Below are positions 28,389 to 46,830 of a stretch of 64,000 nucleotides of DNA, piece by piece. The stretch lies in the NCBI RefSeq assembly GCF_009914755.1, contig NC_060934.1. One strand, written 5' to 3'. A model generated the notes under the pieces. It did no database searches. It was given only the letters and a program-made list of their open reading frames with translations, and was not told the origin of the DNA. Numbering within the stretch: position 1 is the stretch's first letter; each line of letters begins with the position of its first letter. This stretch comes from the human T2T-CHM13v2.0 reference genome, Homo sapiens. The position numbers and the translations under genes were made by a program.

Positions 28389-28588
28389 AAGGGAGGGAAG
28401 GAAAGGAAGGAAGGAAGGGAGGGAGGGAGGGAGGGGAAGAGAAAGAAAGAGAGGGAGGGAGGGAGGGGAAGAGAAAGAAGGAAAGAGAGGGAGGGAGGGA
28501 GGGAGGGAAAGAAAGAGAGAGAGAGAAAAAGGAGGGAGGGAAAAGGAAAAAAGGAAGGAAGGAGAGAAAGAAAAAGAGAAAAGAAAGA
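28389..28588. repeat. About 200-bp pure GA-rich polypurine tract
   Basis: Read directly; (GGAA)/(GGGA)/(GA) units. Confidence 0.95.
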
Positions 28589-29442
28589 TCTTTCTGAGAG
28601 ATAAAAGGTAGAGAAGTGGAGTGGGGCTTGTCACACTGACTTAGCCAGAAACAGCAGACAGTAAGCAGTATTCCTAGCAGAGCAAGCTGGCAGGAGAATC
28701 TGTTAGGCCCCAGTCTCATCTAAAAATAGTGAGTTGTGATGGTTCTCAGCCCTGGCGGCACAGGAGAATCGTCCAGGGAAGTTTTTAAAAATACTAATGC
28801 CCCGGCCCTCCCCACAGACTAAAAAGTCAAAACCTCTGAGCATGTGGCCATCAGGCCACTGTCATTTGCCACCAAGGTCATGAACCCCAGGCTCCTTCCA
28901 GTTCCAATATTCTGGACTGTCTCTGTTTTCTCTGCGGCTGCTCTTGGAGGGATCAGTAAGGTCGCTTTTGTAAACTCCTTAAAGAAACCTTTGAGAACCT
29001 GAAAACAACAATAACGATACACTCCCCTCTTTGGCAAAATGCTCATTTGGCACACACACAATTCAGTTTCAGGAATCCCACAGCCCCCTCCTCACTCTCA
29101 GGAAGCCACCAATTGGTTCTAAATTAAAAATTCCTCATCTATTTTAAATAGCATCCAAAAAATCTTGATTCTTCATGTGTGACCCCATGCTAAGTGCTGC
29201 ATGAAGGAGTTTATCTGGACCCGTTTCTCTCTCTGGAAGCTAAGACACAGCTGGCGGGGTGGACTGCGGTTCCTGCTGCCACCTCTTGAACTTCCTTCCA
29301 CAGTTTTCAGAGCACACGCCTCAGTCTAAGGTTCCTGCTCCAGACTGCGGTCAGACTCACCTGAGAGCTTTAAAAAAATATTCCTGCCTGGGACCCACCT
29401 TCAGAGACCCTTATTTACTTAATCTGCAATGGAAATGGGCAT

Positions 29443-29734
29443 TTTTTATCATTTATTTATTTATTGAGACAGGGTCTTGCTCTGTCACCCAGGCTGGAGG
29501 GCAGTGATGCGATCATAGCTCACTGCAGCCTTGAACTCCAGGACTCAAGCCATCCTCCCGAGTAGACAGGACTACAGGCATGCCACTGCATCTGGCTAAT
29601 TTTTTTACATTTTTTAAAGGTATGGGGTCTCATGTTTTTGCCCAGGCTGGTCTTGAACTCCTAGGCTCAAGCGATCCTCCCACCTCAGCCTCCCAAAGTG
29701 CTGGGATTACAGATATGAGCCACTGCACGTGGCT
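29443..29734 (-). mobile_element. AluJ inserted in a MER5-like MITE (about 29320-29800)
   Basis: Antisense Alu; flanks ctcacctgagagctttaaaaaaata and cagggtgagagcccctg. Confidence 0.8.
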
Positions 29735-29974
29735 GACATTAGCATAATTTAAAGCCACACTGTGCCTCTCATGGGCAGGCAGGGTGAGAGCCCCTGTCAG
29801 TCATGCGGTGGGAGACACAGAGGGCTGCTCCGGGACAAGGACCTGCTGCACAGGTAAGCTGGCTTGAGGGGGCTTGCTGATCTAATCACTCCCAGCTGTA
29901 GGCCCAGCTAAATGGGTGGTTTTAGAAGCTACTTAAAGTTTAATAATCCAAAATATAGAGTGCTTTTAGAACAG

Positions 29975-30370
29975 TGTAACAAGAAGGGAACTGGCCAGGG
30001 AATGAGAAACCGAGGGTTCAGGTCCTGGCCATGCTAACGATTTTGTGACCTTGGCCGAGACTCCCACACCCCGGAGCCTGCCTCCTGCACCGGCAGTTAA
30101 GTGCACAGCCTACTGCACTTGGCAGACATCAGGTCAAATCCCATCTCTGCAGCACAGCGACTAACTTACCCTGACTTTGCCCTTGTTTGATCGTCAAATA
30201 GTATTACCTCATGGGGTTGTCATGAATATCTAAGTGCCCAGCATAAAATGGATAGCAAGTGCTCAATAAGTTTTTGTTATTATTATGATTCAGCTCAGCA
30301 AACCTCAAGGAGCCGTTGTTAGGATAAACGGAGTAATATATATGCAGCCCCTAGTTAACTGTGAAGTACT
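29975..30370 (+). mobile_element. MIR cluster (nested or tandem)
   Basis: tgtgaccttggc, tacctcatggggttgtcatga, aagtgctcaataa. Confidence 0.55.
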
Positions 30371-30525
30371 GTACGGTGGTGTCACTGTCGTTGACCTTGT
30401 GGCTTTCACTAGACTGAAGCCAGGACAAGAGTTTGTGGATTCCAGACTTCCTGGAACAGAACTCATAGTATCTTACTACCCCCACCTCAATGCTTTCAGA
30501 AAGCTTGTTTGAGATCAGAATTTGA

Positions 30526-30844
<319 letters not shown>

Positions 30845-31589
30845 TTTTTTTGAGAGAGTTCTGGAACAGTCGCATCCTAGTCAGATTGGGTACCACAGTC
30901 CGTTTGGCCAAGGAGTCTTGTAATGTTTGGTAGTTGCTTTCTCACATGAGGCTGAATGAAAACCCAGCTCTTAGGTTCTGTGCAAAGCACAGGGCGACAG
31001 CAGTAATTGGACTGAATTGGTTAAATTAGAAAAAGAAATCAGGTGAGTGTTACCTTATTCTGGATATTTAAAATGCTCCCACAGTGAGGCCTAGCAGAGC
31101 TTGTAGGCATCTGAAATACTTAAGAGGCATAGCTCAGAAACTATAGACATCGCCATTTGCTCTTTTGTGTCTTTCCAGCGAGTGCTGACAAATGCAACCT
31201 GAAAAAACTCAGTTCCTAAGATTCCTGGCCTTCCAGTGAATATGCAGTGTTGGGGCATGTGGTTCCCTGATCAGTTAAAGAAGAATCTGTCCATTTCAGA
31301 AAGCAGACTGGAAGCTGCTTTCATCCAATCAATGAAATGGTGCTGCCTTTATTGGCATAGTAGTATGCATTGCACTCACAAGTTCAGACATCCAAGTCGT
31401 AGCTTGCTACCTGCTTGAATAAAGAAAAGGAAAGAGGAAGAGAGAAAAAATCCACTAAATTCTCAAAAGTACCTTGCAACACTGAACATAAAGTGTTGGG
31501 GCCATGGTATAATGGTTTGTCAGCTGAAAAATCAAAATTTTCTACACACAACAGATTCATGGGCATTGCAGAGGGTAACAACTAATGAC

Positions 31590-31860
31590 ATAATAATAAT
31601 AATACCTAATAAATGTTCTTCTATGTTGGAAACACAGCTAAGGACTTTTCATTCATTAACTGAATATTCTTAACAATCCTATGAAACTAATCTTATCCTA
31701 TTTTACAAATGAGAAAACTAAAGCCCAGAGAGTTTAATGAATTTGCACAAGTTTAGTTGATTAACCTAGTTAATTAACTAATAAGGTTAGTCCATTAGTT
31801 CAAGTAATTCAATTCCAGGTCTTTCAGATACTAAATCTCTCTTCTTGACCATTGTACTAT
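31590..31860 (-). mobile_element. MIR
   Basis: ttttacaaatgagaaaacta.agcccagagagttta. Confidence 0.7.
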
Positions 31861-34163
31861 GCTACCTCAATACATAGCCCAAAACAGAGTTCACCCAGAA
31901 TTTTAGCCTCCCATTCCCGAGGAAATGTGAACAGTTGGAAAACATGTTGGAAAGAATATGGAGGGGTATTTTTCTTTCTCTCTGGGACCCTTCCCTCCTT
32001 GTACCAGAGAGTAAGTAACAAATAACCAAAGGGCGAGCAACAGAAAGAAGGGACCAAGGAAGAAATCTGAATTGATCAAGAGACAATTGTGCAAAGTATC
32101 CTGAACCAAATTCGGAGATGTTCCAGAAAGTTTACACACTTAGAGTCTCTACCCAGTTACAAAACATTTGTTAGCAAATGTTCATGCTGAATGAAGGACA
32201 CACATTTCTCAACTGTATTCCTGACTTTCCTACCTGCTGACTTGGTAATTTCAAAAGACCTAGTATAGCTATGGGATATATTTCTCATGACCAAGTAGGT
32301 TCCATAATTTTATCTTAATACATCAACCATGTAATATTTTAAACTACTAGAAAAGCCTAAAATGGGAATGCGAAATGGCAAAAGAGAGTGGAGGAGAGAA
32401 GAGACAGCAGTTCTAACTCAGCCTTCCAAAAAGACTTTCAAAAAAGAAATATTCTAGATGAGGCCAGGAGAAGCCATCTAAAGTGGCACTGAAGCTCCAA
32501 AGAGTTCCACAAAGAGTGAATCAATTGCATTTATGTGCTTTGGAAAAAACAAAAAGCCCAAACTTGGGATTTCCTGTTAACCCAGAGCAGCGCGGCTCTA
32601 TCCCTAGGACTCAGTGGCTCCCAGTGCAAAAGCCGGTTCCCTATGTGAGTTATGTCCTGCGTTTGACCATCTGATCCGCATTTTCCCGTGGATTAATAAT
32701 TTGACCACTCTGGAAGTCTTGCTGTGTGTACTGAAACCGTCTGTTAACTCTCCTGTGGACTGCTGGGTTTGGTATTTAATCTTCAACAGGAATTTCAGAA
32801 GGTCAAAGTCCCCATCTGAGAGGAGTGCCATGCAAGTAATGAAACCAGGCAGACAAGTTCACCCTCAAGGAGATGGAAGTCTTTGAGTGTGGTTGACAAA
32901 AGACCTTTAGACCATGGGCATTTGGGGCCTGGGGTAGAGCGAACGGAGAAGAAAATTAGCTTAGGGAGAGATTCTTAAATCAGTGGGAAAAAAGCAAAAC
33001 ATGTGACATGTGGAGTTGCAAGCTTCTGGGAAATTTGGTTTCTATTAACTGCACAAGCAATAGTTTTGGTCATTGTTGTTGATGTTGTGTGTGTATGCAT
33101 TACGTTTAATGGGCACCCAGTGCAATGGCAGTAATAAAAATGGAACAGAACAAGTATGTGAAGGAATTAAAGCTAGAACTTACCAGTGTAAGTTTATTTC
33201 TAGTTGATTTTTGAAAAAAATAAAGCCAAATATTTGCAGGTCCCAGGCGCTCTGAAGTCTGTAGTTTCCCACCCTTACAGACAGCACCCCATGGTGTGTC
33301 AACTTTCTCATTTCAAAGTCCAAAGCATCCTAAAGCAAACATGAACCTCACAGTGAAATGGCCTCACTCTGATTTACACATCATTATTTCTCCAACTGTT
33401 GATTTAGTCCAGTCTTCCCTGATGGCATCTTCTAAAGGAAAGCTTCTTCATATTCTTCCCCAGGAGACAGTCAAGGCTGTCCACGGACAAGCGGGTTGAG
33501 ACAGCATAATCCGTGCTGAATCTGAGGGCATAAGAAATTTGCTTGTGCTTTCTCCTATTTCAGTTCTGTAACCTCCATTCCAATGCAGTCATGTGAATCG
33601 TTTGCTTCTTTGGGTTAGTAATAGATGTTGCCGTTTATTGGCCACGTATATACTCAGCCCTCCCCTTATGGAGAGGCAACTGGAGAAACTGAGGTCTTTA
33701 TCCAATGACCTGCTCCATGCCAGCATTTCTGTAATTGGGGGTTGGGACATCTGAGCTACAGGAACTTCTGAGAGTCCTAAGGCGGTGAGATATTGCTATA
33801 GTGACCACCAACATCAATGTTTGAAACATTTATAAAATAATAATAGTAGCTACATATAACTAAGAACTCACTATACCAGGAATCTTTCATACATTACCTT
33901 TATTTCTCAGACAACTCACCCTACATAGGAGGAGTCTAAGGCTGTAGACATTCAGGAAGCTTGGAAAGACCTTGCAGGTGGTAAAGGGCAGAACCAGAAC
34001 TTGCATCCATGTATCCTTTTGACTTTGAAGCCTGTTTTTCCCTGGACCTCAGGGATGAGATAAGATGCCCAGCATCTATCCACTTCTTCACGCCTCCTCA
34101 CACTCTTCCTTTTCTTATTCTTCAGCTCAAAGATCTGAGGTAGTATCAAGAGAGGACCATCCC

Positions 34164-34292
34164 TGGTGGGGGTCAGTGGCTCATATCTATAATCACAACA
34201 CTTTGGGAGGTTGAAGCAGGAGGATTGCTTGAAGCCAAGAGTTCAAGACCAGACTGGGTAACATAGCAAGATCTCCTTCTCTATTTAAAAAA
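34164..34292 (+). mobile_element. Alu monomer (FLAM/AluJ)
   Basis: Single arm. Confidence 0.75.
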
Positions 34293-34311
34293 AATATATT
34301 TTAAAAAAGAC

Positions 34312-34633
<322 letters not shown>

Positions 34634-35329
34634 TCAAACAGTTGGTTAGCAGCTGTGAAACTTATGTGACTCCACCTTAAAATGAGGTGGTTTGTTTGAT
34701 GTCTACCATTCGTACTGAAGGATAATTTGGAATATGGATAATCATAATATTTCTTATGGAAGCAGTCATGACCTAAAACTCTGGCAACTGCCATTGCCCT
34801 GGCGTGCTTTCCAAATGAGAACAGAGAAGATGCCTGGGATGACTTCCCACATTCCTGAGTGAGCTGCATGCTCGTGGTCTACTGCTTACCCCAGGTCATC
34901 TCTGCAGCAGCTCAGCAGCACCTTCCATCTACTGCCCCAAACATCACCCACATTTTGGTCTCCCCCACCTCCTCCCATTTTTGCAAAGCCAATTGGCTCT
35001 CATTATTCTGAACCAATCTTGCCTAGCTGTGTAACCACCACTTGAGAGAAAGTTAATTTTATACTCAGTGCATTTACTTCTATTTGAAATAGATATTAAG
35101 GGCGCTCTGCTTTCTAAATTCTCCCCAAGTGAAACAGAGCTCTCTATGAGGCCCCTGAGAACAACAGAGCATTAACACAATTCCTGCCCTGAAGACGTTG
35201 TGTCTCCTCTTAGGTCAAGAGCCAATAAGCACATAATTGGCCCTTAATTGTATGAACTGTATTCCCGGTGCTTTTCACAGCACATGGCATTGCGTAAGGG
35301 TCAACATGGCTTGCTGATTTATGTGTTGA

Positions 35330-35387
<58 letters not shown>

Positions 35388-35398
35388 AAGAGAGAGAA
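35330..35398. repeat. (CT)n(GT)n(AG)n compound microsatellite
   Basis: Read directly. Confidence 0.95.
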
Positions 35399-35934
35399 GG
35401 GGATTTGGCAGTGATGGGAGGCCACAGCAAGGGGGGCACCAAGAATTAGATAACTCCTATAATCAGTGTTGTTTACTATTCATTAGCAAGAGAAAATACA
35501 ATTGCAAGAAAATCCATTTATGATTATAGAGGAGAATGGAACTATGCATTCCAGATTTTTTTCCAACAAAACATTCAGACACAACTTACATTCACACTTT
35601 TCCCCTAGAAGTAATAATTAGCAAACAGCTGTCAGAAGGTTTGTTGACAACCTTTCTAATGTCAATGTCTTTCAAAAGACCCACTTCTTTGCAATGCCTC
35701 CACCCACCGGCTGGCTGAGGTCAAAGGAACATGGAGTGCGCGTGTGTATCTATGCCTGTCTGTATTTTCCACCATATTCTTCTTTCTCTTTCTCCCTCTT
35801 CCTTCCCCTCTTATTATTGTAGCATCCAGGTTTTGTCAATTATCAAACACTCAAACACTACATACACACATCCTTACATAAAATAATTCAATGAAGTGAA
35901 AAGAAAGTCCCATATCTTCCTCTCTGTTAGCACC

Positions 35935-36160
35935 ATGGGTTAATGGAATGAACACTGAACTTCGGAATCAGAGACTTGGATTCAAGTTCTAGATTCATTC
36001 ACTTGCTAACTGTGTGATGGAAATTAGTTTAATCTCTGCAGTTGACTCCTCTGTAAAGTAAGATACTTAACTCATGGCATTATTCTTAGGATTAAAGAAA
36101 CAAATGTGAATATGAACAAATGAACATAGTTTCTGATGTTCAATAAATACTCAACATACA
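35935..36160 (+). mobile_element. MIR
   Basis: ggaatcagagacttggattcaa...cttgctaactgtgtga...ttcaataaata. Confidence 0.65.
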
Positions 36161-36829
36161 TTTCATTCCTGTCTGGTTTTTCCAGTGGCAGAAAAGATAA
36201 CACACCAAAACCTTAGCCTGTTCATCAGGAAAGCCTAGACTTCAGATAAAGAACAAATGGAAGACTTGTTTAGAACACTGGCTCCAGTTTTTTTTTTTTT
36301 TTCAGTTATAGTTCCTAGCTCTATCCTAATGGATGATACTAATTTTGGAGAGAGTGAAGATTTTTCTGAGAGAAGAAGACATTCAAAGCTGATCTCTCAA
36401 CAAGGGATGGCAGTATTTCCTCCATCAACATTATTTGTGCCTATTTTTAAATGTTATTTTAAAATAGCCATGGATTTTGCTATTGATTAATGAGTGTCAC
36501 GGAGAATTGATCTGGTGTTTCTTCTCATTATCAAAGAGAATAAGAAGGAAATTTCCCCTTCCTTCTCGCATCAAGTATGGCTAAGCCTTTGGGTTTGGAG
36601 TTTTGGGCTCAGTTGCCCCCCTCCAGCCCCTTTGAGGTGGGACAAGATGGAAGGCCCCAGAGGAAGAGGGACAAGGCCTACTCTGGGGTCAGACTGAGAA
36701 AACCAAAGAAGTTGGTTTTAACACATGGCGGAGACACATTGTTACTCTGATGGGGGCAGTAGACTACAAGGAGGCCTGAAGACCAAGCACGGGTCTGACA
36801 TCACCAGCAGAGCTGCTGCCTTGGAAAAA

Positions 36830-37240
36830 ACGTGGAGTATCCCAAGCACAACTCTACTCATAAACCACAGACTCAGTTTGGGTTTCACCAGTTTCTCCAC
36901 TAATCCTTTTTCTGTTCCAGGACCACACTGGATACCCCACTGGATTTAGTCATTGTGTCTCTTTAGTATCCCCTAATCTGTGACAGATTCTCTGTGTTTC
37001 CTTGTTTTTCAGGACCCTGACACTTTTGAAGAGTATTGGCCAGATATTTTGGGGACTGCCATTCCCTCTGGGTTTGCCTGGTGTGTCCTCATGATTAGGC
37101 TGTAGGAAAGGCTTTCCCCTTCTGACACACGCAACGACGTGGATGAAACTTGAGGATATTACGTTAAGTGAAATAAGACAGTCACAAAATGGTAAATACT
37201 GAATGATTTCACTTGTATGAGGTACCTAGAGTATGATTTC
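36830..37240. mobile_element. Old L1M 3' fragments (antisense, then sense)
   Basis: ttttgaagagtattggccagatattt; ggatgaaacttgagga.atta.gttaagtgaaataag.cagtcacaaaa. Confidence 0.6.
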
Positions 37241-38808
37241 AAGTATCTACTCATACTGTCATAAATGGCTTTTGATTGTCATCTATAAATGGAAATGCTA
37301 CCTCCTATAACCTACATTCCCACATGATCCAAAATTTTGGTGATTCATTATAGCACACAGATCTATAGTAGATGGTCAGCTCCAAAAGGCAGGAACTGGG
37401 ACTTTTCCCTCTTATATCCTTGGCCCCTACCACAGTGTTTAAAAACTAATCATTAAGTAAGTAAGTGAGGCCACCATGCCTAAACCTAGCTTGCTGGGTA
37501 TGTGGCAGACTGGATATGGAGGTCTTCCGTGGAAGGGCAACCAGCAGAGGCCCTGAAACCAACACAGGTCACCCGGCCCAACCTTAGTTGCCATATGCCA
37601 CAAGCCAGCATTTCTCAGCCTTTATTGCACAGAGAAATTCCTGGCCAATGAACTCATGAGTCGCCTCACTGTTGAGACCCCACACATGCCAGGGTAGAGG
37701 TGGTGTGGTATTCTCAGCCTGCTAACCTGTAAGTCTTCTCTTCTCTACCCTAGGCCTGAAATCACACTGCTGCATGGAAGGAGCATGGCATTATTTGGGG
37801 AAAACATTGAATCCGTTCTGTTTCAGCTGAGTGATTTTTAAGTGTATGTGCTCTTTCGCTTGCAGTCAAAACTCACAACTGACAGGACTCGCCCAAGAAT
37901 CTTGACCCTGTGTTTGTAAAGCTCTGATCTGGGCAATGGCTGCTGTGCTCTCAGCTTCTGAGATGAGGGTGCACAGGCACCTGGTCTTTGGAAGGGAAGC
38001 ATGTTAGCTGCCAATTTTGCTCTATGAAGGATAAGACACTTGTATTGAGGAAACTATGGCTTAATAGTTTCATGGGACAGACTCCAGGGGAAAAGCCAGG
38101 AGAGGCAGCTACAGCAGACACAGTACATCCAGGTTAGGAAAACCAACCAGGTTGTACCATTATAGAGGGGCCAAGTAAACACTCAGCCGACTCCAGGGAG
38201 ACTTGGATTAAACCCAAGTGCTCTGCAGCCATCTGCAGGAACCAGGGAATTGGGAGGCTCAGGTGGTGGAGAGGATGGCACTAAAACCTCCAGAACTTGG
38301 ATTTAGATTCTGTTCAAACAAATGGGACACCACCATCATTGTAAACCACAAATGGTGTGAGCCAGAAGTTAACTGTGTCCTGAAAAAGGAGAAAAGACAA
38401 ATATCTCTGGATCAAACATTTTAGTACATTGTGGAGGCCAAGTGTGGCAGTGAAGGTCTTCGAGGATGTAACGTTCATAACTCATTGCCTAGTCTATAGC
38501 TTCACAGCATGGTGGGCCCTGCCTGCCCCAGGCAGAAGTGACCGACAGTGACCCCAGTACAGAGCCCCAATCAATCAACATATGTTTATTGACTGTCTAC
38601 AGCATGAAAAGAGTTTGAGACAGACCTAAACTCTGGAAGTCTGTAATGACAGGCAGTATTGTCTAGGTCATGCCCTGCCCACCTAGCAAACCCCCTCCCT
38701 CATCTCCAACTACTGAAATCCGACCCATCCTTCAAGGTCATGTCAAAGACAGTCTTCTTTGTAAAGCCACTTTTGATTCCATCCCCAGCCTCATCCTTAT
38801 AACTGTGA

Positions 38809-39292
<484 letters not shown>

Positions 39293-39848
39293 TAAACTCC
39301 TTGAAAGCAAGATGATGCTTATCAGAGTTGCCCCTGCAATGCTTGGCAAAGGGGCCAGCACAGAGCAGATATTTGTTGGTAACTGGACAAGTATTAATAG
39401 GTGAAGGTTAAGGATGATGAAGAAAAACATTCAAGTATAGTTCTTACTTCCTTTCCTGTACGGACACCAGAAACACAGTAATTTAAGGGCCTCCGATGCT
39501 GAAATTAAAGTTTTACTGTTGTCAGAACATTTTCCTTATTTATATGGCAGGTTAAAATTACCAAGGTATCATATTTTCCAAGAAGAATAACAAGCACTGG
39601 ACTAAGAGTTGAGAGGCCCAAGACCTAACCTGGGTTTTGCCACTAACTAGTCACATGGCTCTGGACAAGGCACAATCTCAGAGGACCCAGACCTCTACAG
39701 TATTAAGGACTCTGACTAACTCATCTCTATGGTTTTACAGCTTTGTAATTTTGTGAAACTATTTCATATACATCACATCCTCTAAATTAAGATGACCCTT
39801 GGTTCTTTACGGAAATACTAGAAAAGCAAAGCCAGCTATCTGCTTAAG

Positions 39849-39933
39849 AAAAAAAATATATATATATATATATATATAGATAGATAGATGATAGATAGAT
39901 AGATACATAGATACATAGATAGATAGATAGATT
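39849..39933. repeat. A/(TA)n/(GATA)n compound STR
   Basis: Read directly. Confidence 0.95.
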
Positions 39934-40065
39934 TAGCCTTCAAAACCATGGATCAAATATTATATCATCTGAGAAGCATCTCTGTCCCTTAGATGTGATT
40001 GCTCTTTCTTCTGTTCTCCTGGGGCATCTATTTAGTGTTATAGCAGAAATGGAAGTTGGATGGTG

Positions 40066-40115
<50 letters not shown>

Positions 40116-40163
40116 TATATATATATACACACACATATATATACATTATATATATACACACAC

Positions 40164-40213
<50 letters not shown>
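40066..40213. repeat. (TA)n/(CA)n compound microsatellite
   Basis: Read directly. Confidence 0.95.
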
Positions 40214-40214
<1 letters not shown>

Positions 40215-40340
40215 GGCTGGGCATGGTGGCTCACACATGTAATCCCAGTACTTTGGGAGGCTGAAGTGGGTGAATCGCTTGAGGGCAGGAGTTTGACACC
40301 AACATATCAAAACCCCATCTCTATTAAAAATACAAAAATT

Positions 40341-43738
<3,398 letters not shown>

Positions 43739-43753
43739 TTTAAAAATTAGCTA

Positions 43754-43936
<183 letters not shown>

Positions 43937-44540
43937 TTATCAATTTTTTATATTTCTAATTAGGATATCAAATCTTTACTGTGTATATCAAAAAGAAATA
44001 ACTTCCCATAAGTTAAAAATATAATAAATTTAAGATAGATTTAGGAGAATACCAGAAAAAAATTAAAATAAATTACATTTCTTTAATAGTTCAATACCTT
44101 AAACTTTAGAAGAAAATAAAAATTAATATCTACCTACATTGGGTCAACATTTTGCCCTATTCTTACCACTGTAAGAACAAATATAATAATAACATAATAA
44201 TTAAGATAAGTGGAATATATTCACTAGTACAGTAGTTTTATGTTCATTGCAATTGTTCAGGCCATGAAATCATGCTTTTACTTTATCACTCATAATTTAA
44301 CTTTGGTTCATGTTCACTGCTAATTAAACTTTAAGACTAATGGCATCATTTTTACTTTCAAACAAGTCTATGGAAAGTAATGACTTGAATATCACCTGAG
44401 TTTTGAAAATAAATAATTTCTGGCTTTAAAGTTAGTCGTCTGTATTTGGTAGGTATTGGAGAGGAGGGAAAGAAAAAAGGCATTATTTCAATTCTAGAAA
44501 ACTATTAAATATCATCTGTACAGTTTTTAAGGAACGGCAT

Positions 44541-44671
44541 GGCCAGGGTATGATGGCTTATGCCTGTAACCCCAGAGTTTTGGGAGGCAGAGGCAGGAGG
44601 ATCACTGGAGGCCAGGAGTTTGAGACCAGCCTGGGCAACATAGCGAACCCCTGTCTCTAAAAATAAAAAAT
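44541..44671 (+). mobile_element. FLAM_C
   Basis: Single Alu arm. Confidence 0.8.
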
Positions 44672-45149
44672 AAATTAATTTATTTATTAATTAAAATCAA
44701 ACAAACAATAAGGAAAAGCATGGTTTGAGAACATGAAATTATGTTCGAGTAGGAAAAACAAGAAAGGAAAGGTTTCATTCAAAACTAGTCTCTCTATACA
44801 GAATACTTGGAAAGATGCTTCCTGTTCTTGAAGAGGATTATTCCTTTTGGTTTGCCAGTTTTGTGTGTGTTGGTGGTTGGAAGGCAGATTACGAACACAG
44901 TACATTGCATTTAAAATATTGTTATTGAAAAACATGATTCAATATAAATACTGTCATTTAAGATTTATGCTCATGAAAATCTACTTATCACCCTGTGCAT
45001 CTGTTAGCCCACCATGAAGAAAAGCCTCCTCTTGTAAAGCCCAACCTCATTCACTGAGAACTTCCATGGCGAAGGATTCAGGGCTCTTTTCTTCTTGAAC
45101 AGAAACAGTCCTCTAGGTCTGGCTCTCAAAATGGAGTCCTGAGATTCCC

Positions 45150-45400
45150 CTTCTTCCCTCAGAGTTCCTCATCCTATGCCCTCATTGCCCCCTGGAGTTT
45201 CCTTCAAGGGACTTATCATAGTTGGTAACTATATACTTATTTGTTTGTCAGATTATTTAGTCAGTGTGACTCCAGATCCCAGCTCTGGAACCTCATTAAA
45301 CCGTAAGCTCCTTGAAGGTAGGACCTGTGTTTGTTTCACTCCCCAGTGCCTGGTGTAGTGCCCAGCATGTGGTAGACACACAATAAAATTTCATGAATAA
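45150..45400 (+). mobile_element. L2 3' end
   Basis: gtaagctccttgaagg.aggacctgtgt...gtgcccagca..tggtagaca..caataaa. Confidence 0.7.
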
Positions 45401-45699
45401 GTCAAGAGCTGCATATGATGATAGCACTTTTAGCAGATGACCTTGATAGTTGGCACTCTAAGGATAAAAAATGCCACTCAGATGCTCAACAGTGTTTTTT
45501 TGCAGACAGATGTCTAGGTAGCCCTGGTTTTGCATCAGTGCTTTGGGACACCAAGGTCCAGGCAGGACAACATTCATTTTGGGGATCAGGGGAGTTTATC
45601 TCATATCATCCTGTATCTTTTTATGACTAATGCCAGGCTCCCCAAGTAGCCCGTAAGCTTTGGAGTGTGAGAACTTGAGTGAAATTCAACTACTAGACT

Positions 45700-46410
45700 T
45701 GGTGCTAAGAGGATCTAGGCCCTTTACCCTCAAGTGCTTCCAGCCTAGGAGGAACTGATATAGATACCATTAACTTTAATACCATCCAACTTCCAGCTCT
45801 ACTATAACACTAAATAAATGTTCCAGGAGCACAGAGGAGGGAGCAATCACATCTAAGGGAGAGAGATGCTTCTCAGATGATATAATATTCAATCCATGGT
45901 TTTGAAGGCTAAATGATGATATGATAGCAGGCCCAGAAGGGAGCTGACGTACAGACTCCTAGGGAGATACAACAGCAAGAAAAATGTTCCAGGAGGCTGG
46001 AAAGAGCCATCTGTTTTGGAAGGTAGCATATCACATGTTACTAGCAAAGAGGAGATGAATGAAGTTTGAGAGACGAAGAAGTCAGGTTATATTAGAATTA
46101 GAATGCGAATGACCAAAATTCAGTGAAAAGTGGTTTAAGCTTCCATTTGTCCAAAAGAGGAAGCCATCTAGGTTTTGTACAAGATCTGTTTTTTGGAAAA
46201 ATTGCTTGAATCACTTTGGAACTAATTGAATAAGATAAGTGATGGAAAGGAGTCCAATGTAACTAACTAACAACTAATTAGTTATCAGCTAACTAATTAG
46301 CTAGCAGTTGGATGATGATGCATTAATCAAGATTGGGAAGTGGGGGAGGTTTGAGAATGGAAGGATGGAAAGGGTAACAATGACTTGGTGTTGGTCATAT
46401 TAAATCATTT
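45700..46410 (-). mobile_element. L2 fragment
   Basis: ccctcaag.gctt.cag.ctag...aggagcacagaggagggagca. Confidence 0.55.
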
Positions 46411-46422
46411 TTTTCTTATATC

Positions 46423-46548
46423 CTAATACAGAAACCAGTGTAGTGTGCATATTCTGCAAATGTTCTAATACTGAGACCACTGTGGTGTGCGTATCCTGGA
46501 AATGTTCTAATATAGAGACCAGTAGAATGTGCTTATCCTGTAAATGTT
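46423..46548. repeat. Diverged tandem repeat, 3 x 42 bp
   Basis: Units start at 46423, 46465 and 46507; consensus ctaatac.gagaccagtgt.gtgtgc.tatcctg.aaatgtt. Confidence 0.9.
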
Positions 46549-46599
46549 GATGAAGATGGTGACATATACACTATTCGTTCCAGGCATTAAGGGTCTTCA

Positions 46600-46830
46600 A
46601 TGTTGAACTTATGAGTATTGATATCAGCTTACATCTATGCAGCACTTCACAAAACATTCCATATAAGTGATCTCGTTTCAACCTTGGTAAATTCAGTGAG
46701 GTATACATCGCCCTGTTACAGATTAGAAAACTGAAACTCAGAGAGTTTATAAATGTCAAATGACTTGTTCCAAGCCATACAGCTAGTAAGTATCAAGGCT
46801 GGGATCCAAACCTGACCTTTGTGACTCCAA
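46600..46830 (-). mobile_element. MIR
   Basis: ttacagatta.gaaaactgaaactcagagag..aatgacttg..caag.cacagctagtaag. Confidence 0.7.

Noticed and set aside
46423-46548. CRISPR-like array
   Set aside because: Eukaryotic context, contiguous units without unique spacers, and no cas genes.
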